From the NCBI GenBank assembly GCA_051294375.1, contig CM119269.1, forward strand, positions 19,505,936 through 19,569,935: 64,000 bases of DNA, read 5' to 3'. Source of the stretch: Paraspadella gotoi. Its lineage: Eukaryota; Animalia; Chaetognatha. Under the pieces are notes generated by a model. The model had not been told where the DNA came from. It made no database searches and saw only the letters and a list, made by a program, of their open reading frames with translations. Positions within the stretch are counted from its first letter, which is position 1, and the number at the start of each line of letters is the position of its first letter. The position numbers and the translations under genes were made by a program. Shown here in pieces: positions 27,553 through 41,480 of the stretch.

Positions 27553-27821
27553 CTGATTGGAGGGAAAGGGGGAGTAAGTGGGGTGGGTTGAAGAGAGTGG
27601 TGAACAGAGAGATGATTTAAGTGGAAGAGAGAGTAAGAGAGGGAGAAAGAGAGTGTGACAAAAAAGAAAATAACAGAGAGAAAGATAGAAAGAAAGAAAG
27701 AAAGAAAGAAGAAGAAGAAAAGAAGAAAGAAAGAAAAGAAAAAAGAAAGAAAGAAGAAAGAAGAGAAATAAAGAAGAAAGAAAAAAGAAGAAAGAAAGAA
27801 AAGAAAGAAGAAAGAAAAGAA

Positions 27822-27853
<32 letters not shown>

Positions 27854-28719
27854 AAAAAAGAAGAAATAAAAATGAAAAGGAGAGAAAGACAGAAATAAAA
27901 AAAAGAAAAGGGAAAAAAGAAAAAACGAAAGAAATATTTAAAATAAAGAAACAATTTAACAAAAGAGCGACATTACGGAAGGCAGCAGACTGCCGACAAC
28001 CAGTCAGACATAGACACTCACGGACATCCCCCACCCTCCCCCTACCTCTTCCCCCCCACACTCACACAGAAAGAGACAGAGACACACAACGAGAAAGCCA
28101 GAGAGCGCAAGGGCAAGTAAGGGGAAGACCGAAGAGAAAAGAAATATAATCGATATATCGATTTTTTTTTCTTTCCTCGAGTCACCTTAACAATGTTTTT
28201 CTTCCTCGTCCTTTGTTTTCAACTCCTGTTCCTGTCCTCATTCTCCGACGTCCTTTGTTTTTCACTTCTTTTCCCGTCCCTTCTCTCCGATGTCTTTTGT
28301 TTTCAACTCTCCTCCTTTCGTCCCCGTTAAAATCAAACCTTTTCTGCTCATTATCGATTTCATTGGCGATTTTCAACCGACATTGATTATTGTACTAGTT
28401 ATGAGCTAGAGATATAAGCCCCGATATGTAACGATCGAATAGTTAAAACTAAAGGTGAATAAATACGCGACATTTCATTCCAAGAGACTCGTAAAGATAA
28501 ACCCCCTTTGACGCAGGACAAACAAAACTCTTTGGCCGATTGCGTCAATGTTTTTTCTGTGTCACTCGCAATTGAAATCGATGTTTGTCTGCCCAACGGG
28601 CCATTTGGATCACGACCGCTTCTTAACTCAACCACAACCAATTACCAATTTTCCGCCCGTCTCACCTTTAGCCCCGCTCCCGCTCTCCCACCCGGACCAC
28701 TCTTTCTCCCCACCCTTAC

Positions 28720-28847
28720 CTCTTGCCATCCGTCGGGTCCGGCCTCTTTGGGCGGAAAGGTCGTCCAGCCTAAAACAGGTTCTTTCGTTGTGTCGAGAAT
28801 GACGACTTTGCGCCCGTGCGTCGGAGCTTTGGTCGAGGATTGTGGCA
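28720..28847 (-). CDS. Eph: Eph receptor exon, start of ephrin ligand-binding domain
   Basis: Acceptor TTTCCAG|, donor |GTAAGG. 128 nt reading (V)PQSSTKAPTHGRKVVILDTTKEPVLGWTTFPPKEAGPDGWQE, matching the Eph motif V-L-LDT...LGW...GW-E. Confidence 0.92.
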
Positions 28848-29427
28848 CTGGAAAGAAAGTGGCAGAGGAAAGGTGAGGATTGTGGCTTTGGAAAGAAAAG
28901 AAAAAAAACTGAGAATAATCGAGTTTTTTCCTTGTGTATTCTTTGAGTCAAAGGAAAATACCATTTTGAACTCGTGTAGAATAAAGCCCGAAAGTCGTTT
29001 TAATGGCTCTTTTATTCCACAGTTTCTTGAATATAGTACCCGACCGTAATGTTTTCTTCTTTTTACCTCATCTATTTTTCGAGATGAACCTTTCTTCTTT
29101 CCGTTCGGAATTTTCCCCCATTTTCTTCGATTCGATTCGATTCGATTCGATTCGATTCTCCTCTCTCCCAAACTCATATTGCCTCTCATCTTACCCCTCC
29201 TCTCTCTACTGATCCTCCCCTTCATTCTCTTTCATCTCCTCCCATTTTCCTATCCCCTCCCTTCCTCCTCTCCTATCTCTTCCTACCCCCTCCCTCCCTC
29301 CTCCCTCCCCACCTCTTCTCTCTCTTTTGATCCTCCCCCCCTTCATCCTCTCTCTTCAACGAACCACAACAACCGTGATGGTTTCACTGCGGGACGTCGT
29401 CGCAAATCAATGTGAAAGACCGATGGC

Positions 29428-29428
29428 A

Positions 29429-29495
<67 letters not shown>
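29428..29495. repeat. (TCG)n microsatellite
   Basis: Perfect trinucleotide tract. Degenerate (TCG)n also at 3415-3447, 8745-9290, 53470-53512 and 53980-54038. Confidence 0.95.
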
Positions 29496-29496
<1 letters not shown>

Positions 29497-29743
29497 CGTC
29501 CGTCTGTGACATCGTTTTCGCCATCGTCATCGATGTCTTTCTCATCATAGAAGTTGTTGTCGTTGCAAATCATTCCAGTCCGATGTCAAATTCGTTGTCA
29601 TCTTTGTCATCTTTGTCAGCGTCGTCTTCGTAACATGCGTCATCATCGTTATTTACATAGCCTTCTTGGTCATCTTGTTCGTTGTATTTGTCGTCATCGT
29701 CGTCATCGTTATCATCATCAACAGCATCATCATCATCGTCATT

Positions 29744-29775
<32 letters not shown>

Positions 29776-29890
29776 TTTTATCTTCATCGTCGTAGTCGTT
29801 ATTATTGTCGTCGTCCCCGACGCCGTCCAGTCAACTAATAAGACTTTCTCTCTCTCTCTCTTTCTCTCTCTCTCTCCTCTCATCTCTCTC

Positions 29891-29944
<54 letters not shown>

Positions 29945-30249
29945 GTCACTGAGACTACCGTTATCGCCTGAGGAAAAAAGGAAGGAAAATAAAAAAAAAG
30001 TGAAACTGTAAAATAGGAGGGAATTCTTGCATTAAACCATCTGCGGCGGAGAGAGACCTTGGCTGAGGCGATGAATTGAAACCCCGTGATGGCGTGAGCG
30101 ATGGCGCGAGCGATGGCGTGAGCGATGGACGTGAGCGATGGCGCGTCTCATCAATAGCGGCGGTTTTTTACGGTTTTTAATAGTTTTAAATGTTTCCACA
30201 GTTTTTTTTTTACTTTGTCTCCTCTACTTTGATTCGGGATTATACATAT

Positions 30250-32498
30250 GACACAATGAAAAATGGCGTAACGTTACTGTTCCGTGCATAAAAAAATTCA
30301 CTGTTTCAAATATTATTATATTTCTTTTTATTTTTGAAAACGTTATAGTTTATATGTTGATATCCAAAATATCAATGCAAAATCTTTTTTGTTTTTTAGA
30401 TATGACTGAATATAGGGTGAAAAGATGATAATTTTTTTAAAAAGTTACTTATTCAATATTTATTCATAGAATTGTAATAGAAAAATAAAAAAAAATAATG
30501 AGTCTCAATAGTTAGTGTTTATGTCTCAAATAGATGGAAAAAAAACCTCATTTAAAAATTCGATCGGGAAGTGGGGTAACTAAGGCTTACCAATGGCATC
30601 CTAGCCATTGTTCTCTCAAAATAATTTTTTTTATTTAATACATTTGAAAGGGAAAAAAAGAAAATTTGGAATGCAGGTTGCATGAAAGGTACAGATAATC
30701 TGGACTTATTGACATGATAACCATGACCTTTTATATCTTGTGAAATGGGGGCAGTAAAGAAATCTAAAAAATTTCATCATAAGTCAGTCAATGAACCCTT
30801 TCAATGGGCTATTACGAGAAATATTTTTTCTTAATTAAATGGATGATAAATAATAAGAATTAAATTTCCTTGCTATATTTAAAAAAAAAATTATCATAAC
30901 AATTTAACACAATGATGTTTTGCTTTGTCAAATATAGTTACCAGCTATAATAATTTTTTTATAACTTTATTATGATAAACAAGCAGTGTGTCAAGCTTTT
31001 AGTTTGCAGTTAAAGATAATGAAAAATGACGATTTTTTTTTCAACAGACAAGAAGGTAAGATGTCCAGACTGTTTATATCAAGCTGAAAACATTTTTGTA
31101 TTTATCATTTTTAATATTTAAAAATAAATTTATCAAAGCTACAACAATAAATTTTTGCTTGTTTTTACTTTAACTGAAAATATATAGCATTTTATGGAAT
31201 AAAAAAAATTTAATAATAAACAAAATGTAATTCAGTCTTTCCTTTTTCAAATTAAAAAGAAAAAGAAAAAATTTCATATGCCTTCATTGAAAATTTTTAA
31301 AGCAAAAAACTGTTATACTTTTAACTCTGATTTAAACAAAAGCTGTGTAAAGATTTAGGGATTTAAATTAATAAAACTCTTTTAAGAAAGGTGTCCCATG
31401 ATTAAGGGCTTTAATTTGATACCACATCCACCTTGCTACATCTTTTCTTTCAAAAGTTATTTAAAAATAAACTTTTTTTAAAATTACGCAGTACAAGTCT
31501 TTGTTAAATAAAAATTTCGACAAAGCCGGGAGTATCTCATTTATTTCTGTTGGTACAATATATTTAATTTTAAAAAAAACTTGAAGAAAATTTTTTGTCA
31601 TTTAGAGACATAATCACTTTCAGATGTACCCATCGTATAATAATTTTATTTATTATTTCCCCCAAAAAAGCCTATTAAAAAAGTTAAAATTTTCTTCAAA
31701 ATTTGGAAAAAATAATTCATCGCGACCTATGCTCATTGAGAAATAATGGTTTTGCATAGAAAATCAAAATATAAAAAAAATAAAAAAATCAGCCTCTAGA
31801 AAAATCAAAAGGCTAGAGGCTGATTTTTTTTAGAATTGCAAAATTTTTTCCTGAACTCATAATCCATTATTCTAAGTTCAAAATATTTTTTTTCCAAAAT
31901 CATTCAATCAATTTTTTTTTATTAATTTAAAATGTTTTGTATGATGTTGTTTTTGTTTGAAAGAATTGAAAAAAAAAGGAAAAATATAGTAATTATATAA
32001 GGTTTTTGAAAATACCTTTAAAATATTAAATAATTAGACACAAGGGGTAGAAAGCAGAGAAAACTTCCCAATTCATAAAGAAAATTGAAAAATGAATTGT
32101 CATATTGTTATTTAGATTAATTGACTAATTACAAACAAATGATTCATATAAATTGAGGAAATGATGGGTAAAAAAATATTCATCTTGGTCTCGGTTAACT
32201 ATTAGGTTATCGTTAAAGTTTTGTTTTAATAATATTAATATTTTTTTTTGCATTTATAAAAGCAATGGTCTAAATTTTGTAAGCGTTTCGAGCTATATTG
32301 CTTCATCTTTTTTACTATTTTTGATCTAGTTAGCTTTTTTGTTGATGGTCAAGGGTTATGGTCAGATACCATAATGTCCAGTAGTGTATATCGCACATAT
32401 TACCAAAAGTAATGATCAATTAATTTGGCTCAGAAACAATTTTAAAGGGACAAAAATCAGCACGAGACGGTTTTCGCCACGTTATTTTTCATTGTGTC
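30250..32498. mobile_element. Non-autonomous TIR DNA transposon, 2249 bp
   Basis: TIR GACACAATGAAAAAT is perfect for 15 bp and imperfect to about 38 bp. ATAT flanks both ends. The interior is very AT-rich with no listed ORF. The element is absent from the duplicate copy of the locus (empty site about 40556-40559). Confidence 0.85.
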
Positions 32499-33299
32499 AT
32501 ATCTCCTGTCGGGTGAGTCAAGAATGATGATGATGATGATGAATGATGAATGACTGATATGATATGATGTTGATGAGATGATGATGATGGTTGATATGAA
32601 TGATGAAATGATGATCGATGATGATGATGATGATGATGATGATAATTATGATGACGATGAAGTTACTGATGCAGAGCAATAAAATTATGATGATGATAAT
32701 AATGTTATGATTATCATGTTTAGGAGAAAAAACAATTTGATAGTTTATACACAACGATTATCATGTTATAATGTCAGATTGGTTGTACCAATTTCGTAAC
32801 GAAGAAAATGATAATAATGAATAAATTAATGAAGACAACGATGATATTATTAATTATTATTCATAATAGTGACGGTGACAGTGGCGACAGAAACAAAGAT
32901 TTGACCACATGAACGACGAAAACGGCGCCAGAGACAAAAGAGAAAACAGCGAGGCGACAACAACAACAACAACAACCACAACAACGACGACGACGGCTCC
33001 TTCGTTCGACATTCACGAAGCGACGATTTGTGACGACGGCGTCTCACCGATGCAGGTGAGAATCTCACGGAGAATCTCACTTCCTAATTCACGTCGTTCA
33101 TTCTCAGGAAAAGTTTTTTTTTCTTGTTTTCTTTGTTCTGTTTCTCTTGTTTAATGTTTTTTTTTTTGTTTTTTATATGTTTATTTTTTTGCAAGACATT
33201 GTTTCTGGTACGCGTCTTTGGGTATAGGCCTGAAAAATGTTTTTATTTCCCTTCCATCACTTAACATCGCAATATAATGTAAGTATGTAACATAGCAGC

Positions 33300-36200
33300 G
33301 TCTTTCAAAGTATTACGCCGTCAAAAAGGCGCAGTTTGAAACTGGCTAATAAGGGGGACAGTTTCAACTGCGCCCTCTTTCTCTGTGCTCGAAAACTGTC
33401 TTCTTTTCACCCTGTTTTAGGGAATGCCCCCGCCACTATTTTTTTATGGGGATTAACATTTGAAGCGCCTCAGTATTAATCCACGAGGGGAATCCCGCCA
33501 CTATTTTTGAATGGGGATTGACATTTGAAGCCCTATCCCGGCCCGAACAACAAAAATATGTCATCAAGAGGCAGTCCTTGTTATAATAAAATATTTAACT
33601 GAAAACTATAAAAATAGATCCTAATTTAAAAAAAATAATATATTTGCTTGATGGCTGAGAATAGATTCGTCTTGCATACCAGAAAAAAATTGAAAGTTAG
33701 TAGAAATAATAATTTATTCATAATGAATTAGCACAGTACTTCGAAGACTTCTGTCTTCCTCTAAGGTACAAACATAAAATGAAAAAAATTATATCTATTA
33801 GGTTCACATAACTTGCTTCACAGAAGTCTCTTCCTCTCACTATTTTTAATCATATAAGTTTCTTCTTATAAATTTCTATTGTCAGTTAGAAACCTGTTCC
33901 TTCTAAAATACAGTTCTTGGAAGTTTTTACAAAAAACTTTTAGTTACTAAAATTTGTTTACTTTTGAATAAAAGAAATATGTTGAGGAAATTTATTAAAT
34001 ATAAAATAATCTAAAAAATATCAAATTAAAATTTATACAGTTTAAAAAACTTTTATTGTTTTCAGTTCATTCTGTAGATAATAATTATAATATAAAAATT
34101 ATTTTTTTTTAGTTGGCAGCAACAACACGAAAAAAATATATTTTTTTTTCATTCCTCTTTTCTTTTTTCAATAACTAAATCACTCACCATAAACAAACCT
34201 AAAATATATATACCTAGTCTTTAACAGAAAAGCTAGTTTGAGCAACAATGTCAGATCTGCACACGATCATTTAGTGATAATTAATTATTAATCAGTTAAA
34301 ACATTAATTAAATTAATGAATTAATTGTTTCCACAAAACTTAATTGATTGGAATTGAGTAAGAAGTTGGATTTTTTTCTTATGCTTTTTTCTTATTCGTC
34401 TTGTTATCTTTTTATCTTTTCTTATTTTTTATGTTCTCTGTCCCTTTCTTTCTTTCTTTGTTCTATTTTTTTCTTTTCTGTAAATGAAGAGGATCTTTCC
34501 TTGTTTTTCTTTTCTTAATTTTTTTTTCTTGTTTTTCTACATATGTCTGTTCTTTCGTCTTCTTTCTCGGGAGAGAGAGAAGAGAGAGAACAAGAGAGAG
34601 AGGAGGAAGTAACGAGAGAGAGTGAGAGAGAAGACGAGAGAGAGAAAATGAGAGAGAGAGAGGAAGAAAGAGAAGGAGAGAAAGAGAGAGATAGAGGAAA
34701 GAGAGAGTGAGAGATAGGAGAGAGATGAAGAGAGAGAGGAGAGAGAAAAGAGAGGAAGAGAGAGAGAGAGAGATAGAGAGAATAGAGAGAAAGAGAGAGA
34801 GAGAGAGAGTAAGGAGAGAAGAGAAGAGGTGGAGGAGAAGGAGAGGAAGAGAGGAGAAAGGAAGAGAGAGAAATAGAGACAGGAAAAAGAAGAGACGAGA
34901 GGAGGGAGAGAGGGAGGAGACGATAGAAGAGAGAGGAGAGGGAGAGAGAGAGAGATGAGAGAGAGAGAAAGTATAGACAGAAAGAGAGAAAAGAGAGAGG
35001 ACGAGAGAGATAAGTGGCCCATTGGTCCTGGTCCCCGTCAATGAGTTGGGGCGGGGATTTGCCCGGGAGATGAAATGCCCCGGCGAAGAGCACACGCCGG
35101 CAGGGCGTAGTTTGCGGTGAACTTATAGTTCTCTTCCCCGAACTGAGCGGCGATTAAGAAAGTTTAACAGTTTAAACGCAAGGATATGGCAGCAGAAAGT
35201 AATCTCTGCGTCTTATGGCAGAGGGTTGTCCAAGATTCTCAGTTCCTTGGCCGCAAAAGTTTATAAGGCGGACACCACGAACGAAGTTTGCCGATATTGT
35301 GAAATTCCAATTCTATTTCTTCTCGCATGTCNNNNNNNNNNNNNNNNNNNNNNNNNAAAAAGAGAAGAGAGTTATAAATCCTTTAGAACAATACGCAGCC
35401 AGAGAAAAACTGGTTAAATGGGAGTGAGCATAAGTAAAAAAAAATGTTTTTGTAAATTTTTTCAAATGTAAAAGAATCCATGAAGTATGTTAAAGCAAAA
35501 ATCAAAAGTTCAATCATCAGGCAAGAATTAGATTGGCTCTTTGTTTTCTTAATATATTTCACTAAACCTCTATCTTACATCTAGCCTTATCGTATCCTCA
35601 CCACCTATTCCTCCAATTCCAATTTCATCTACTTTATTTACTTTTGTTATTATTCAATAATTCAGCTTATTTTTTAAGTTTTTTCAAATTTTCTCTTTGT
35701 TGTATATTGTTAAATGTAGATTATTTCTCTCTCTCTCTCTCTTCTCTCTTCTCTCTCTCTCGTCTTTCACTAAGTATTAGCCGTTCCAAAAAGGCGCAGT
35801 TAAGTCTGACTAACTTATAAGGGGGACAGTTTCAACTGCGCCCTCTTTCTGTGTCACGAAAACTGTCTTCTTTTCCCCTGTTTTAGGGAATCCCCGCCAC
35901 TTATTTTTTATGGTGATTAACATTTGAAGGCCCTCAGTATTATCGCACGCGAGGGGAATATCCGCCACTATTTTTGGATGGGGATTGACATTTGAAGCCC
36001 TATCGCCCGGCCCGAACATCACAAAATATGTTCATCAGGGCAGTCCCGTTGATTATAAACTGAAAACATAACAAATATTTAATGATCCTATAAAAAAATA
36101 GAGATGGCTGCAAAGATTGAGCTTGATAGAAAGATTCTATAATATTCATAAATGAACTTAGCACAGTACTTCGAAGACTTCTGTCTTCCTCTAAGGTACA

Positions 36201-36790
36201 AACATAAAATGAAAAAAATTTATCTATTAGGTTCACATAACTTGCTTCACAGAAGTCTCTTCCCTCTCACTATTTTTAATCATATAAGTTTCTTCTTATA
36301 TAATTTCTATTGTCAGTTAGAAACCTGTTTCCTTCTAAAATACATTCTTGGAAGTTTTTACAAAAAACTTTTAGTTACTAAAAAATTTTTGAATAAAAGA
36401 AATATTTTGAAGGAAATTTATTAAATATAAAATAATCTAAAAAATATGCAATACAATCTTAATATTTATACAGTTTAAAAAACTTTTATTGTTTTAGTTC
36501 ATTACTGTAGATAAATTATTTATAAAAATTTTTATTTTTTTAGTTGCAGCAACACTAGAAAAAAAATATTTTTTTTTCATTCCTCTTTTCTTTTTTCAAT
36601 AACTAAATCACTCACCATAAACAAACCTAATAAATATACCTAGTCTTTAACAAAAGCTAGTTTGAGCAAACAATGTCAGATCTGCCCACGATCATTAGTG
36701 ATAATTAATTAATTAATCAGTTAAAACATTAATTAAATTAATGAATTAATTGTTTCCACAAACTTAATTGATTGATTGATAGATTGATTT
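33300..36790. repeat. Direct duplication of about 1 kb (33300-34370 and 35770-36790) across a 25-N gap
   Basis: Near-identical AT-rich blocks, for example GCACAGTACTTCGAAGACTTCTGTCTTCCTCTAAGGTAC, on either side of the gap at 35332-35356. Confidence 0.85.
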
Positions 36791-36876
36791 TTTTCTAGGC
36801 GTTCGCACGATCATAAAAGACAAAAATCAAATACCGTAGTAGGGATTTCTAACACACACATAAAAACACACCACAC

Positions 36877-36907
<31 letters not shown>

Positions 36908-37999
36908 CTTCCGTGTCTACTACTCTCCAGGTAGCAGTCTATCGTCACTCTCTTCTCTTGTTATCGTGCTTTTAAGACGTACGTCAGTAGAGCAGTGTCG
37001 TGAGATATAAAAGCCTGACCGCCGATGCGCTCTGCATAGTGAACAAACAAAAACTGAACTAACTTTTCCAAAAAAGTTTCTACTTCAAGGGTTGGAAAGC
37101 AAAATTCTTAATGGAAAGCCTTATCGTTATCCTTCATTTGATGCAAAACGAAGGAAACAATCTTTGGTCCATGATCAAATCTCTAGTCTTGCTTCCCGGA
37201 GTCTCCTTCTCTACTCTCTCTCTCTCTCTCTCTCTCTACTCTTCAATGCTCCATACCTCTCATCTCGTACTTAGCGTCTACTCAATCTGCTCTCTCTCTC
37301 GAAATTATGGAAGAGGAAAAGAACATGCCCGAATTGGGAAATTAAGTAACAGAAAGGCACAAGAAGATAACGAACAAGAACACGCTTACCAAGATTTGAT
37401 GAAAGGTGACTAGTAGAAAAGAAAACGAGGAAAAATTGAATCTATAGAAAAAGAAGAAACTAAAATGCATATAGAAAAGCATACTACAAAAACATGTTAG
37501 AAAACATAAGAAAAAACTGGCCAAAATTCAATAATAAATATTAATGGTGGAAAAATAGAAGAGTAACGAACGGTTCAAGCTTTAAGGCCATCAGACTAAC
37601 AAATTGAAAAATCCTAATCAAGTGCCAGCGACCGATTAAGGAGGAAGAACAGAAAGAAAAGAAGGAAGCAAAGAGTAAAAGTAAAAGATATGGAAAAAGG
37701 AGAGAAGAGACAGAAATAAAAAAATAAGAAAAGGGAAAATAAAAAAAAATATACGAAATAAGTTGGGAAACAAACCGATCTCAACAATGTATAAAAACAA
37801 AAATAAGGAAGAAAAGGACCAATTATAATCAAAAGACGACGAGCATTAAATGCGCGAGTCAAAATGGGCTAGACAAGAATTGCGCCAAAGTTATCGAACC
37901 AGCAGACTATCAGTACACATACCACAGGAGACTATCACCACACCACCCTTGCCGTTAAAAACTCGCCTGTCAACCTCCTTCACACACAACCCCACAACA

Positions 38000-40042
38000 T
38001 CCACAACAAGCGCCCAGAGACAGAGACACACGGCGAGGAAGCTCAAAGAGCGCAAGGGGCAAGTAAGGTGGAAGATCCGATGAGAAAGAAAAACTATAAT
38101 CGATATAAATCGAATTTTTTTATTTTCTTTCCTCCGAAAAGTCCACCTATTTACTTAAGACGAGAGTGACTATTTTACTTTCGTCTTTGTTTTCTAACTC
38201 CCTCGTCTCCTGTATGCCTACTATGTCCTCCGACGTCCTTTGTTTTTCCACTTTCTTTTCCGTCCCCTCTCTCCCGATGTCTTTTGTTTTCAACTTCTCC
38301 TCCTTTCGTCCCCCGCTTTATAAATCACCATTCTATTAATGCTCATTATCGATTTCATTGGACGTATTCTCTCATACGCGGACATTGATTATGCAATTGT
38401 TTACATGTACTAACATTTAATTATTTTTGTTATGAGACATACACAGAAAGATAACATATCTCCCCGCATTAATCTCTAATCTCAAAATAGCGGGCAATAG
38501 TCATTAAAAAACTAGAAAGGTGAAATAAAAAATTAACGCCAAACATTAATCCATTCCCAAGATGGGTATCTTTATAGCAAGAAACTCACCACACCGGCAT
38601 ATTTGACGCAGGAACAAAACCAAAAACTCTCTCGCCGATTGCCTTTCCAAAAAATGTGTGTTATTACCACATTTATCTTTTTTCGTCCGAGATGGTTTAT
38701 CACTCATGAAAACCTCTGATGATAACAAGTAAAGGATGGCAACTGGTGCTGTCATATCTCATGCTCGACACAATCTCGTCAACGCTTCCGTGAGAGTGAT
38801 ACACACATGAGCACTTCTGACCAATAGTCTGCGACTACACACGACCCGCTCTCCTTAACAGTCTAAACCACAGACCACATTAGGCACTGGCCAAACTTCT
38901 TGACATATACCTGCTCATGACTCTCCGCTCTCACCATTATAAAGACTCTCACCTTAGCACCACGCACAGACATCACGCGCTCTCCCACCCGGACCACTCT
39001 TTCTCCCCACCCTTACCTCTTGCCATCCGTCGGGTCCGGCCTCTTTGGGCGGAAAGGTTCGTCCAGCCTAAAACAGGTCTTTCGTTGTGTCGCAGAATGA
39101 CGACTTTGCGCCCGTGCGTCGGACTTGCGTCGAGGACTGTGGCACTGGAAAGAAAGTTGGCAGAGGAAAGGTGAGATTGATGGCACTGGAAAGAAAGTGC
39201 AGAGGAAAGGTGAGCGGATTGTGGCCTTGGAAAGAAAAAAAAACTGAGAATAATCGAGTTTTTTTCCTTGTGCATTTTCTTTGAGTCAAAGAAAAATACC
39301 ATTTGAACTCGTCTGTAGAATAAAGCAAGTCGTTTTAATGGGCTCTTTTATTCCACAGTTTCTTGAATATAGTACCCGACCGCTAATGTTTTCTTCATTT
39401 TTACACTCATCTATTTTTCGAGATGAACCTTTCTTCTTTCCGTTCGCGAATTTTCCCCCATTTTTTCGATTCGATTCGATTCGATTTCGATCGATTCTCC
39501 TCTCTCCCCCAACTCATATTGCCTCTCATCTTACCCTCTCCTCTCTCACTGATCCTCCCTTCATTCTCTTTCATCTCCTCCCATTTTCCTATCCCCTCCC
39601 TTCCTCCTCTCCTATCTCTTCCTACCTTTCCCTTCCTCCTCCTCCCTCCCCACCTCTTCTCTCTCTTTTGATCCTCCCCCCCTTCATCCTCTCTCTTCAA
39701 CGAACCACAACAACCGTGATTGGTTTCACTGCGGGACGTCGTCGCAAATCAATGCGAGAAAGACGATGGCATCGTCGTCGTCATTCGTCGTCGGTCGTCG
39801 TCGTCGTCGTCCTCGTTCCGTCTGTGACATCGTTCTCGCCATCGTCATCGATGTCTTTCTCATCATAGAAGTTGTTGTCGTTGCAAATCATTCCAGTCCG
39901 ATGTCAAGTTTCGTTGTCATTCTTGTCATCTTTGTCAGCGTCGTCTTCGTAACATGCCGTCATCATCGTTATTTACATAGCCTTCTTGGTCATCTTGTTC
40001 GTTGTATTTGTCGTCATCGTCTCATGTTATCATCATCAACAG

Positions 40043-40086
<44 letters not shown>

Positions 40087-40191
40087 CATCCCTTTTTAAT
40101 CTTTCATCGTCGTAGTCGTTTTTATTGTCGTCGTCCCCCGACGCCGTCCATGTCAACTAATAAGACTTTCTTCTCTCTCTCTCTCTCTCCT

Positions 40192-40260
<69 letters not shown>

Positions 40261-41290
40261 ACTGAGACTACCGTTATCGCCTGAGGAAAAAGGAAGAGAA
40301 AATAAAAAGTGCAAAACTGTAAAATAGAGGGAATTCTGCCATTAAACATCTGCGGCGAGAGAGACCTTGGCTGAGCGATGAATTGAAACCCCGTGATGGC
40401 GCGAGCGATGGCCGTGAGCGATGGCCGAGCGATATGGCGCGAGCGATGGCGGCCTCTCATCAATAGCGGCGGTTTTTACGGTTTTTAATAGTTTTAAATG
40501 TTTTCACGTTTTTTTTTTTACTTTGTCTCCTCTACTTTGATTCGGGATTATACGTATATCTCTGTCGGGTGAGTCAGATGATGAGATGATGATGATGACT
40601 GATGATGGATGATGATGATTGATTTATGATGATGATGCATGATGATGATGATGTGATGATGATGATGATGATATGATAGATTGAGATGAGATGAAGTTAC
40701 TGATGCCAGGAGCAATAAAATTTATGATGATGATAATTAGATGTTCATGCATTATCATTGTTATAATGTCAGATTGGTTGTACCAATTTCGTAACGAAGA
40801 AAATGATAATAATGAATAAAATTATGAAGACAAACGATGATATTATTAATTATTATTTCATAATAGTGACGGTGACAGTGGCGACAGAAACAAAGATTTG
40901 ACCACATGAACGACGAAAACGGCGCCAGAGACATAAGAGAAAACAGCGAGGCCGACAACAACAACAACAACCACAACAACGACGACGACGGCTTCCTTCG
41001 TTCGACATTCACGAAGCGACGATTTGTGACGGACGGCCGTCTCACCCGATGCAGGTGAGAATCTCACGGAGAATCTCACTTCCTAATTCACGTCGCTTCA
41101 TCTTCAGAGGAAAGTTTTTTTTTTTCTTGTTTCTTTGTTCTGTTTCTCTTGTTTAGTGTTTTTTTTTTTTTGTTTTTTTTTTGCAAGCATTGTTCTAACA
41201 CTTGTTGCGGTTTTGGTATTGCCTTAAAATGTTTTTATTTCCTCCATCACTTTAACATCGGTCCATATTGTAATTTATACATAGCGTCTT
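38000..41290. repeat. Noisy duplicate of about 28070-30245 plus 32503-33300, including a frameshifted copy of the Eph exon at 28720-28847
   Basis: Collinear match. The exon copy at about 39016-39146 carries indels, and the transposon is absent. Confidence 0.85.
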
Positions 41291-41433
41291 TGGCAGCAGG
41301 TGCTTGCCAATTCTCAGTTCCTTGCCACGTTTATAAACGACAACGAACAGTTTGACCGATATTGTGAATTCCATCTAAATTCTCGCTGGTCGTTTAAGCT
41401 GAATCGCTCCTTCGCCCATAACGAATTCAATGT

Positions 41434-41480
<47 letters not shown>

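Noticed and set aside
29400-29970. Possible extra Eph exon (acceptor-like CAG near 29968, Asp/Thr-rich frames)
   Set aside because: All minus-strand frames hit stops, the content is microsatellite, and flanking exon phases already match without it.
39016-39146. Second copy of an Eph exon, suggesting alternative exons or a pseudogene
   Set aside because: It is frameshifted by random indels and sits in a larger noisy duplicate block, so it is probably an unpolished alternate haplotype.
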